A stretch of DNA of 64,000 nt from an uncultured SAR116 cluster alpha proteobacterium (GTDB lineage: Bacteria > Pseudomonadota > Alphaproteobacteria > Puniceispirillales > GCA-002684695): positions 5,092-69,091 of the forward strand of contig CABYVI010000003.1 of assembly GCA_902522415.1 (NCBI GenBank), read 5' to 3'. A model generated the notes under the pieces. That model worked only from the letters and a program-made list of their open reading frames with translations. It made no database searches and was not told the DNA's origin. This document shows positions 10,622 to 17,713 of this stretch, piece by piece. The position numbers and the translations under genes are program-made. Numbering within the stretch: position 1 is the first letter of the stretch; each line of letters begins with the position of its first letter.

Positions 10622-10630
10622 GAGGAATAA

Positions 10631-11917
10631 ATGCAAGTAAGTACAAAATTATTCAATCAACAATCAGTTAATCAGTTCGGAAAACTGACCAGTGAAATTC
10701 AAGATCTTCAGGCAAAGGTTTCAACTGGGAAAAGTATTTTAAAATCTTCAGATGATCCAGTTGCAGCAGTTGAGTTATCTGCAGCCAAAGAGCAAAAAAA
10801 TATTTTGGAAAGGTTCAGAAGGAATATTGACTCTGCTCAAAGAAGATTAGATTTATCCGATGGTTCTATGCAGCAAGCAATCAACGTTATGACAAGAATT
10901 TCAGAATTAGCTATTCAAGCTGCCAACGACACAAATGGCGTTCCTGAGAGAATTGCCATTAGAACTGAAGTAGAGCAACTCGCAAATGTAATGCTTGAAA
11001 TAGCAAATACTAGAGATGCTCAAGGACAAAGTTTATTTGCTGGATACCACACTAATACTCAAGCTTTCATCAAAAACGTTGACGGAACATTCACTTATAA
11101 TGGAGATCGAGGGAAACACACTCTTCAGATTTCTGAATCAATGAACGTTGCAACAAGTATTGATGGAGGCACAGCTTTTGAAACAGTAGACACAGGTTCT
11201 GGCAGAAAAAGTGTTTTTGATATTATTACAAATATTGTAAACACAATTAACAATGCAGATGCTTTATCTAGCCAAGGATCTGCACGTGCGATGGCGTCAA
11301 TAGATTTCAAAGTACCCAGAGATCCTCAAAATTGGTCTTTTGTTTTAACAGGTGGATTAGGATCTTCAACTGTAGACATAACAGTTTCTGATGGAAACTA
11401 CGATGATACAGTTACTAAAATTAATGCGCTTACTTCAGTAACTGGCGTAAAAGCAAGTTTAGACAATGACACAGGCAGAATAACTTTAACGGATAGCCAA
11501 AGTCGAACTATAAAAATTTCTAATATTGAAATTGAGGGAACTGATTTTGCGACTGGAGAGATAAATAGTTATATTGATTTTAATACTCTTGAGGGATCTG
11601 GCGCAGAAGTTGGTTCTTCTCGAAGGTTGACTGATACAAATCAATTAATATCAAGTTCAGTTGAGGATGTAAAAAAGGCAACAGATCATCTGAGTTTACA
11701 AAGATCATTTTTGGGCGCTCAGCTTAATAAAGCTGAACTTCAAAAAGATTCTATTGACCAAAGGATCATGGCAACATCTGAAAGAGTTTCTGATCTTGGA
11801 GACGCAGACTTAGCTGCAATCGTTACTCAAATTCAGAGTTTGTTGATTAACAGAGATGCTGCTCAACAAGCATATGCAAAAATAAGTCAAAACAGCCTGT
11901 TTGATTTCCTAAAATAG
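10631..11917 (+). CDS. flgL: Hook-filament junction protein FlgL (HAP3)
   Basis: 428 aa; flagellin-like N-terminus (SSDDPVAAVE...RISELAIQAANDT) and C-terminal helix; follows flgK. Confidence 0.8.
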   Translation: MQVSTKLFNQQSVNQFGKLTSEIQDLQAKVSTGKSILKSSDDPVAAVELSAAKEQKNILERFRRNIDSAQRRLDLSDGSMQQAINVMTRISELAIQAANDTNGVPERIAIRTEVEQLANVMLEIANTRDAQGQSLFAGYHTNTQAFIKNVDGTFTYNGDRGKHTLQISESMNVATSIDGGTAFETVDTGSGRKSVFDIITNIVNTINNADALSSQGSARAMASIDFKVPRDPQNWSFVLTGGLGSSTVDITVSDGNYDDTVTKINALTSVTGVKASLDNDTGRITLTDSQSRTIKISNIEIEGTDFATGEINSYIDFNTLEGSGAEVGSSRRLTDTNQLISSSVEDVKKATDHLSLQRSFLGAQLNKAELQKDSIDQRIMATSERVSDLGDADLAAIVTQIQSLLINRDAAQQAYAKISQNSLFDFLK

Positions 11918-11934
11918 TAAAATTAAAAAAGTGT

Positions 11935-11960
11935 TAAACATTTTTTTATATTGACGTTTA
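11935..11960 (+). promoter_or_regulatory. Sigma-28-like promoter of flagellin 1 (TAAA-N14-GACGTTTA)
   Basis: TAAACATTTTT...GACGTTTA. The same TAAACATTTTT box and the same 14-nt spacing occur at 14335-14360 before flagellin 2. Resembles TAAA-N15-GCCGATAA. Confidence 0.45.
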
Positions 11961-11967
11961 TAAATAA

Positions 11968-12024
11968 TGAAGTGGTCAGCGCCCTTCAAAAAATTAATAT
12001 TATTTAGTCAATGAAGGGATAGTT
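11968..12024 (+). promoter_or_regulatory. Flagellin 1 leader: hairpin with GGTCAGCG loop plus alternative RBS-sequestering pairing
   Basis: TGAAG-TGGTCAGCGCC-CTTCA hairpin. CCCTTCA can instead pair with the RBS repeat TGAAGGG at 12012-12018. Confidence 0.5.
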
Positions 12025-13527
12025 ATGACTTCCATCAATAGTGACCAAATGTCTGCAATGGTTCTCGCGAGCCTTAATAAGTCTAATGCAACTATGCAAG
12101 AATCTATGCAAAGGTTATCTACAGGTAAAAGAATTAACCATGCAGGTGACGATGCTGCTGGTCTGTCTATCTCAGCAAAACTCAGAGCGCAGGTTGATAG
12201 TTTAAATGCAGCAATTAAAAATTCATCAGATGCATTGGCAATGGTGAGTACGATTGAAGGTGCACTCGTTGAAACTACGACTATACTCCAAAGAATGAGA
12301 CAATTATCTGTTCAGTCTTCCTCTGATACCAACACAGGAAATGACAGAACTTATCTTCAAGACGAAGTAAATCAATTAATTACTGAAATTAATAGAATTT
12401 CTACTAATACAGAATTTAACTCAACAAAACTTTTAGACGGAACTTTTACTGATAAAAATATTCAAATAGGAACAGCATCTAATCAAGTTTTAAGACTAGG
12501 TGTAAGTGCTACAGATTCTACAAAATTAGGAGCATATCAACTAGATAGTGTGGATGAGAGTATTGCTCCAGAAGATACTCATGCATCTGCTAAAACTGTT
12601 TTAAATGCTTTGTATGATGCCACAGCAGATTACGTTGTTAAAGGTACTTTTGGCACGTTTACAGCTTCAGTTGATGCTGGAGCTGATGCAAGAGATGTTG
12701 CTTCATCTTTTAATTTAATAGGAGGGAATACAGGCGTTAACGCGACAGCACTTACTCGTGCGAAAATGACCGTTTCTGCAGCAGCAACATTCAGTTTTAC
12801 ATTTGAGGGTAAAAGTACAACAACTTCTCAAATAACAGCTACTGTAACTTCTGCGACTGACTTGACTGCAATAAAAGATGCTATTAATGCAGTATCGGGT
12901 TCTACAGGTATTTCAGCTGCTTTGACATCTGATAAATCTGGGGTAGAAATTACACAAGCAGAGGGATACGATATTATTATCGGTGATGTATCAACTGGTT
13001 CAACTGACGCTAACTTACTAGTTACGGCCATGGATATGGATGGAAACCTTGATACAGGAAATACGAGAACATTAGATGGTGACGGAACAACTGGTGACTC
13101 AACAGCGATTGTTGGTACAGTTCGCCTTTCAAGTCAAAACGCTTATACGGTTTCGCCAGGTCATGCGAATAATCACTTTTCTGCTGCTACTACAGAATTG
13201 ACTGCATCACATAGTACAATTTCAGCAGTTTCTCTTACAACAAAGGAAGGTGCGACAAAAGCTATGTCAGTTATTGATGGTGCTTTGTTAATGATATCAG
13301 GTATTAGATCAAATATGGGTTCAGCTAACAATAGACTACAATCTACTATCGATAATCTAAGTAATATTGCAGTGAACGCTCAAAAATCACTTTCAACAAT
13401 AGAAGATGCTAACTTTGCTGAAGAAACTGCAAAACTTACAAAAGCACAAATACTTGCGAAAGCAGCTACATCTATGCTTGCTCAAGCGAATAAAGCAAAA
13501 GAAACAATGCTTGCATTGCTGCAATAA
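12025..13527 (+). CDS. fliC: Flagellin (500 aa)
   Basis: RLSTGKRINHAGDDAAGLSIS N-terminus, NRLQSTIDNL...AQANKAKETMLALLQ C-terminus; central flagellin-IN-like motif DLTAIKDAINAVSGSTGISAAL. Confidence 0.95.
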   Translation: MTSINSDQMSAMVLASLNKSNATMQESMQRLSTGKRINHAGDDAAGLSISAKLRAQVDSLNAAIKNSSDALAMVSTIEGALVETTTILQRMRQLSVQSSSDTNTGNDRTYLQDEVNQLITEINRISTNTEFNSTKLLDGTFTDKNIQIGTASNQVLRLGVSATDSTKLGAYQLDSVDESIAPEDTHASAKTVLNALYDATADYVVKGTFGTFTASVDAGADARDVASSFNLIGGNTGVNATALTRAKMTVSAAATFSFTFEGKSTTTSQITATVTSATDLTAIKDAINAVSGSTGISAALTSDKSGVEITQAEGYDIIIGDVSTGSTDANLLVTAMDMDGNLDTGNTRTLDGDGTTGDSTAIVGTVRLSSQNAYTVSPGHANNHFSAATTELTASHSTISAVSLTTKEGATKAMSVIDGALLMISGIRSNMGSANNRLQSTIDNLSNIAVNAQKSLSTIEDANFAEETAKLTKAQILAKAATSMLAQANKAKETMLALLQ

Positions 13528-13557
13528 AAATTTAATTGTTCATATAAGAATTTTTAT

Positions 13558-14100
13558 TTATTTATCAGATGGCTTCAAAGATATAGCATCAAAAATTGTA
13601 AATTCTTCAGTAGCCAGATCTCTTAAAAAATCAATATCTTTCTCGTCGTCAATTTTCCATCCACTGGGTGACGGTTTGCTTAAATCAGATCTCAGTGAAT
13701 ACATATAAGACTTAAACATTTTTATAATGCCTCTTTCTTCGTAATTACGATCTCTTTCTCCATCAAAAATTGATCCAAGAAGCGGTTTGCGATTTCTGAT
13801 TTTACCATTATCAAAGTTAATCGTATTATATATGAAACCGTCTAGGTACTTAGTTGCATCTGAACCCGCCTCTACTTCTGCTAATATCCTAATTATATCT
13901 TCTGCAATTGATGAGATCTCAATTGGATTGACTTCGTCATATTTTTCTAAAAGAGCTTTAGAATATCTTCTTGCCACTAAGTCGATGGGTATATCCTTGA
14001 CAAGAAAATCTCTAGCTGTAAGACCAATACAAGCTGCGTAAACCCATTGAGGGCAATATACAGCCATTTTACCTCCACTAGATAATAAGTTTGATAACAT
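13558..14100 (-). CDS. Hypothetical protein (180 aa) on the opposite strand inside the flagellin array
   Basis: Intact ORF, convergent with flagellin 1; no recognisable motif. Confidence 0.4.
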   Translation of the reverse strand: MLSNLLSSGGKMAVYCPQWVYAACIGLTARDFLVKDIPIDLVARRYSKALLEKYDEVNPIEISSIAEDIIRILAEVEAGSDATKYLDGFIYNTINFDNGKIRNRKPLLGSIFDGERDRNYEERGIIKMFKSYMYSLRSDLSKPSPSGWKIDDEKDIDFLRDLATEEFTIFDAISLKPSDK

Positions 14101-14334
14101 AATAATACACTTCGTTTAAAAATTATAGAACAAAGTAACTATTGCAAATTATATGCCCAAACAGTCACTTTTTCTAAATAAAGCTGAAAAGAAAAAAACA
14201 TTTAACTCTACATTATTATTTAGGCAATTTTAAACAAAATTTTTGTGAAAAAACCCATAATAAACGACACAAAAAAAATTTGTTTAGAAATAAAAAAAAA
14301 TAATAAAATCAATAACTTTTTACTAAAAATAAAC

Positions 14335-14360
14335 TAAACATTTTTACTATATGCCGTTCA
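14335..14360 (+). promoter_or_regulatory. Sigma-28-like promoter of flagellin 2 (TAAA-N14-GCCGTTCA)
   Basis: TAAACATTTTT...GCCGTTCA, same architecture as 11935-11960. Confidence 0.5.
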
Positions 14361-14370
14361 TTTACTTGTA

Positions 14371-14434
14371 CGGAGGTGGTCAGCGAAAACCTTCTCCGCG
14401 TTTAAATTTAATTAACTCGGAAAGGAGACAAAAA
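14371..14434 (+). promoter_or_regulatory. Flagellin 2 leader: hairpin with GGTCAGCGAAAA loop and anti-SD arm
   Basis: CGGAGGT-GGTCAGCGAAAA-CCTTCTCCG. The 3' arm CCTTCTCCG is also complementary to the RBS region CGGAAAGGAG at 14418-14427. Confidence 0.5.
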
Positions 14435-15952
14435 ATGGTCTCAGTGAATACTAATATTGCGTCAGTTGACGCTAGAAACACATTAATGGGTAATAATGTA
14501 ACGATGGAAAAAGCATTCGAAAGACTTTCAAGTGGAAAGAGAATTAACAGCTCAAGTGATGATGCTGCGGGTCTTCAAATTGCAAATAGCCTAACATCTC
14601 AAATTAATGGTCTAAAAATGGCAGCAAAAAATGCTGGTGATGGTATTTCATTAGTAAATACAGTTGATGGAGCTTTAAGCGAAGCAACTGACATTTTACA
14701 AAGAATGCGTGAACTTGCTGTTCAATCTTCTTCAGATACAAATGCTGGACAAGATAGAGTTTTTATCCAAGAAGAAATAAACGCACTTAATACAGAACTT
14801 AATAGAATTTCATCTACCACTCAATTTAATGGGGTGAACGTTCTTGATGGCACATTCGGTGATGTATCACTTCAGGTAGGTTATGATCCAAGCCAAACTG
14901 TTAATATGAGTGTTACTTCTTCAGACTCTGCAACATTAGGTGCATACCAGGATACATCAACAGTCGAAACATTGGCCGTAGTTGATACATATGCATTAGC
15001 AACCGCAGGTTTAACGACAACTATTGCTGACGCAGGTGATTACACAGTTTCAGGTTTTTTTGGTTCTGATACAGCATATATCGCAGCTGAGGCAGGGGCA
15101 AGAGACACAGCTGCAGCTTTCAACTTAATTGCAGGTAATACTGGCATTACAGCAACTGCAGAAACCAGAGCAAGACTTACTGTAAGTGCTGCCGCAACAT
15201 TAACTTTTGACCTTTATGGCAAAAGTTCAACTAAGTCTTCAGTGACAGCAGTTATTTCTGACACATCTGATTTATCAAACTTGAAGGATGCCATTAACGC
15301 AGTCAGTGGATCCACTGGGATTTCCGCAACTCTTACATCTGATAAAGCAGGCGTCAATATAGTTAATCCAGAGGGTTATACGATATTTTTTGCTGATGTG
15401 ACAGCTGCTGGCGGTACTGATGCAGATCTACAGGTTGCAAATTTAACTGTCGACGCTGCTGGTGCTGAAACAACAGCTAACCAAGTTGCAATGAAAGGTG
15501 ATGCAGCTACTGATGATAGTACATATGTATTAGGTCAAGTTACATTGTCTTCAGATAAAGCATTTGCTTTAAGTTCTGGAAATGCTGCAAACCATTTTGC
15601 AACAGATACTTCAGTTCAAACTAGTGCGTTGAGCCAACTAGGCGATATTAACCTTAAAAATATCCATGGTGCTCAAAAAGCTTTAGCGATAATTGATAAA
15701 GCCATTAATATGATCGATACAACACGTTCAACAATGGGTGCTTTAAATAATCGTCTTGAAAGTACTATTAACAATCTGAATAATATTCAGGTAAAAACGG
15801 AAGCGTCTCTTTCCAGAGTAATGGATGCTGATTATGCAGAAGAGACAACTTCCTTATCTAAATCTCAAGTCTTAACTCAGGCAGCTACTGCTATGCTAGC
15901 GCAAGCAAACCAAGCTCCTCAAGGAGTATTAAGATTACTTCAGGCAGGATAA
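14435..15952 (+). CDS. fliC: Flagellin (505 aa; true start MVSVNTN, not the ORF-track ATG at 14351)
   Basis: AAAGGAGA RBS 7 nt before ATG 14435; RLSSGKRINSSSDDAAGLQIA ... AQANQAPQGVLRLLQ. Confidence 0.93.
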   Translation: MVSVNTNIASVDARNTLMGNNVTMEKAFERLSSGKRINSSSDDAAGLQIANSLTSQINGLKMAAKNAGDGISLVNTVDGALSEATDILQRMRELAVQSSSDTNAGQDRVFIQEEINALNTELNRISSTTQFNGVNVLDGTFGDVSLQVGYDPSQTVNMSVTSSDSATLGAYQDTSTVETLAVVDTYALATAGLTTTIADAGDYTVSGFFGSDTAYIAAEAGARDTAAAFNLIAGNTGITATAETRARLTVSAAATLTFDLYGKSSTKSSVTAVISDTSDLSNLKDAINAVSGSTGISATLTSDKAGVNIVNPEGYTIFFADVTAAGGTDADLQVANLTVDAAGAETTANQVAMKGDAATDDSTYVLGQVTLSSDKAFALSSGNAANHFATDTSVQTSALSQLGDINLKNIHGAQKALAIIDKAINMIDTTRSTMGALNNRLESTINNLNNIQVKTEASLSRVMDADYAEETTSLSKSQVLTQAATAMLAQANQAPQGVLRLLQAG

Positions 15953-16004
15953 AGGCCGCCATTGGATTTGAGAAACTAATGGTAGTTTAGTCTACCTACT
16001 ACGG

Positions 16005-16048
16005 AGCCCCAATTTAGAAATGACCGTCTAAGTTGGGGCTAAAAAAAA
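16005..16048 (+). other. 14-bp hairpin (loop AATGACCG) followed by an A8 run, in the flagellin 2/3 intergenic region
   Basis: AGCCCCAATTTAGA-AATGACCG-TCTAAGTTGGGGCT, one G.U pair; no U-run, so not a canonical terminator. Confidence 0.5.
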
Positions 16049-16084
16049 CTCAAGATGAAAGTCTTGAACAACAAGGAGATAAAT

Positions 16085-17587
16085 ATGACCTCAATAAATA
16101 GTGACTTCATGTCGCAATTGGCTTTAAGAAGCCTCGGACAATCGTCCAATACAATGACCCAAGCAATGGAGCGTTTATCAACAGGAAAAAGAATTAATTC
16201 TGCTGCTGATGATGCTGCTGGACTTGGTATTGCTACTAAGCTAAGAGCACAAGTAAATAGTTTAGAGGCTGCTGGAAGGAATGCTTCTGACGCTTTAGCA
16301 CTTATCGGTACAATTGATGGTGCATTAGAAGAGTCAGGTGAAATTCTTCAAAGAATGCGTGAATTGGCAGTTCAATCTGCATCAGATACAAATACTGGTA
16401 CAGATAGAACTTTCATTCAAGATGAAATAAATCAACTCTCTCAAGAGTTAAACAGAATTTCTACAGCAACTGAGTTTAACAATGTGAAATTGCTTGACGG
16501 TACATACACTGATAAAGCAATTCAAATTGGTACAGGTGCAAACCAAGTATTCAGATTGGGAGTTTCTGCGACAGATGCTTCAACACTAGGTGCGTATCAA
16601 TTATCTTCAACAACAGAATCTATGGATCCAGCTGCTGAAGATACTCACGCATCTGCAATTACAGCATTTGCAGCATTATTTCATGCAGACGCAGATTATA
16701 CAGTTAAGGGTAGCTTTGGAACTGCAACTGCTTCTGTAGCTGCTGGTGCTGATGCTCGTGATGTGGCTAGAACATTCAATTTGCTCTCAGGTACAACAGG
16801 TATTAATGCAACTGTCACAACCAAAGCACAGCTTAAAGTTACTGCTGCCGAGACTTTTAGTTTTACACTTCAGGGTAAAAGTTCAGATAAATCTACAGTT
16901 AATGCAACTATAACTAGTATAAGTGATTTGACAGCTTTGAAAGACGCTGTAAATGCTGTTTCAGGACAAACTGGAATTGTTGCTTCATTAACTGAAGACT
17001 TATCAGGAGTTAATCTTACACAAGAAGAAGGTTACAATATTGTTGTAGGTGACGCGACTGCAGCTTCTGGAGCGATGACAGTCCAAGAAATGAAATCAGA
17101 TGGAACTGTAACAGGTTCAGCAAGAACATTAGACGCAGATGCAACAGCTGCAGACTCTACAGCAGTTGTAGGGCAAGTCACTTTGTCTAGCCATAAGGCC
17201 TTCACTGTAACTTCTGGAAATGCTGCTAACCATTTTGCTACTGATACAGCCGCACAAAACTCAAGTTTATCTACAGTAGGCAGCCTTAGCCTTAAAACTC
17301 AAGCTGGTGCAACATCTGCTATTGCAGTTCTTGACGGAGCAATGGCTCAAATTTCTGAAATCCGAGCAGAAATGGGTGCAGCTGAAAACAGACTAGAGTC
17401 TACAGTTGATAACATCAGTAACGTTGCTGTAAATGTTCAAAGATCTCTATCTTCAGTTGAAGATGCGAATTTTGCTGCTGAGACATCCCAGTTAACTAAG
17501 TCTCAGATACTTCAGCAAGCAGCTACTTCAATGCTTGCACAAGCAAATAAAGCAAAGCAAACAATGCTTGTACTACTTCAAGGTTAA
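16085..17587 (+). CDS. fliC: Flagellin (500 aa; start MTSINSD)
   Basis: AAGGAGA RBS before ATG 16085; close paralogue of flagellin 1 throughout, including the central domain. Confidence 0.93.
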   Translation: MTSINSDFMSQLALRSLGQSSNTMTQAMERLSTGKRINSAADDAAGLGIATKLRAQVNSLEAAGRNASDALALIGTIDGALEESGEILQRMRELAVQSASDTNTGTDRTFIQDEINQLSQELNRISTATEFNNVKLLDGTYTDKAIQIGTGANQVFRLGVSATDASTLGAYQLSSTTESMDPAAEDTHASAITAFAALFHADADYTVKGSFGTATASVAAGADARDVARTFNLLSGTTGINATVTTKAQLKVTAAETFSFTLQGKSSDKSTVNATITSISDLTALKDAVNAVSGQTGIVASLTEDLSGVNLTQEEGYNIVVGDATAASGAMTVQEMKSDGTVTGSARTLDADATAADSTAVVGQVTLSSHKAFTVTSGNAANHFATDTAAQNSSLSTVGSLSLKTQAGATSAIAVLDGAMAQISEIRAEMGAAENRLESTVDNISNVAVNVQRSLSSVEDANFAAETSQLTKSQILQQAATSMLAQANKAKQTMLVLLQG

Positions 17588-17607
17588 TAATTTCAACTTT
17601 GTTTTTA

Positions 17608-17639
17608 GGGGAAGGGTTCCGCCCTTTCCCTTTTTTTTT
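17608..17639 (+). terminator. Intrinsic terminator after flagellin 3
   Basis: GGGGAAGGG-TTCCG-CCCTTTCCC followed by T9. Confidence 0.8.
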
Positions 17640-17658
17640 AAAATAATTATCTAAATTT

Positions 17659-17674
17659 TGGCATGGTATTTGCT
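17659..17674 (+). promoter_or_regulatory. Sigma-54 promoter of the 802-aa flagellin
   Basis: TGGCAT-GGTAT-TTGCT, 40 nt upstream of ATG 17714. Confidence 0.7.
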
Positions 17675-17713
17675 CATTGGACGTTGACCTCAAAATAAAA
17701 TAAAGGTGCAACA

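Noticed and set aside
2011-11310. Numerous 60-145-aa minus-strand ORFs inside flgG, flgH, flgI, flgK and flgL (for example 2011-2265, 3657-4091, 5638-6045, 7750-8160, 11125-11310)
   Set aside because: They lie entirely antisense within strongly supported flagellar genes and have low-complexity or odd composition. They are typical shadow ORFs.
13406-13708. 100-aa plus-strand ORF overlapping the 3' end of flagellin 1
   Set aside because: It is out of frame inside a certain flagellin gene and also overlaps the convergent 180-aa ORF. No RBS or motif.
14351-14434. N-terminal extensions of flagellin 2 (ATG 14351) and flagellin 3 (ATG 16055) in the ORF track
   Set aside because: The extensions would cover the promoter and leader hairpins and lack an RBS. 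The internal ATGs at 14435 and 16085 have strong GGAG RBSs and align with the flagellin N-terminus.
17681-17691. ACGTTGACCTC in the leader of the 802-aa flagellin as a 10-nt (one G.U) target site for the sRNA loop
   Set aside because: The predicted sigma-54 transcription start (about 17685) would cut through the motif and leave only UGACCUC. This is too uncertain to claim without a mapped 5' end.
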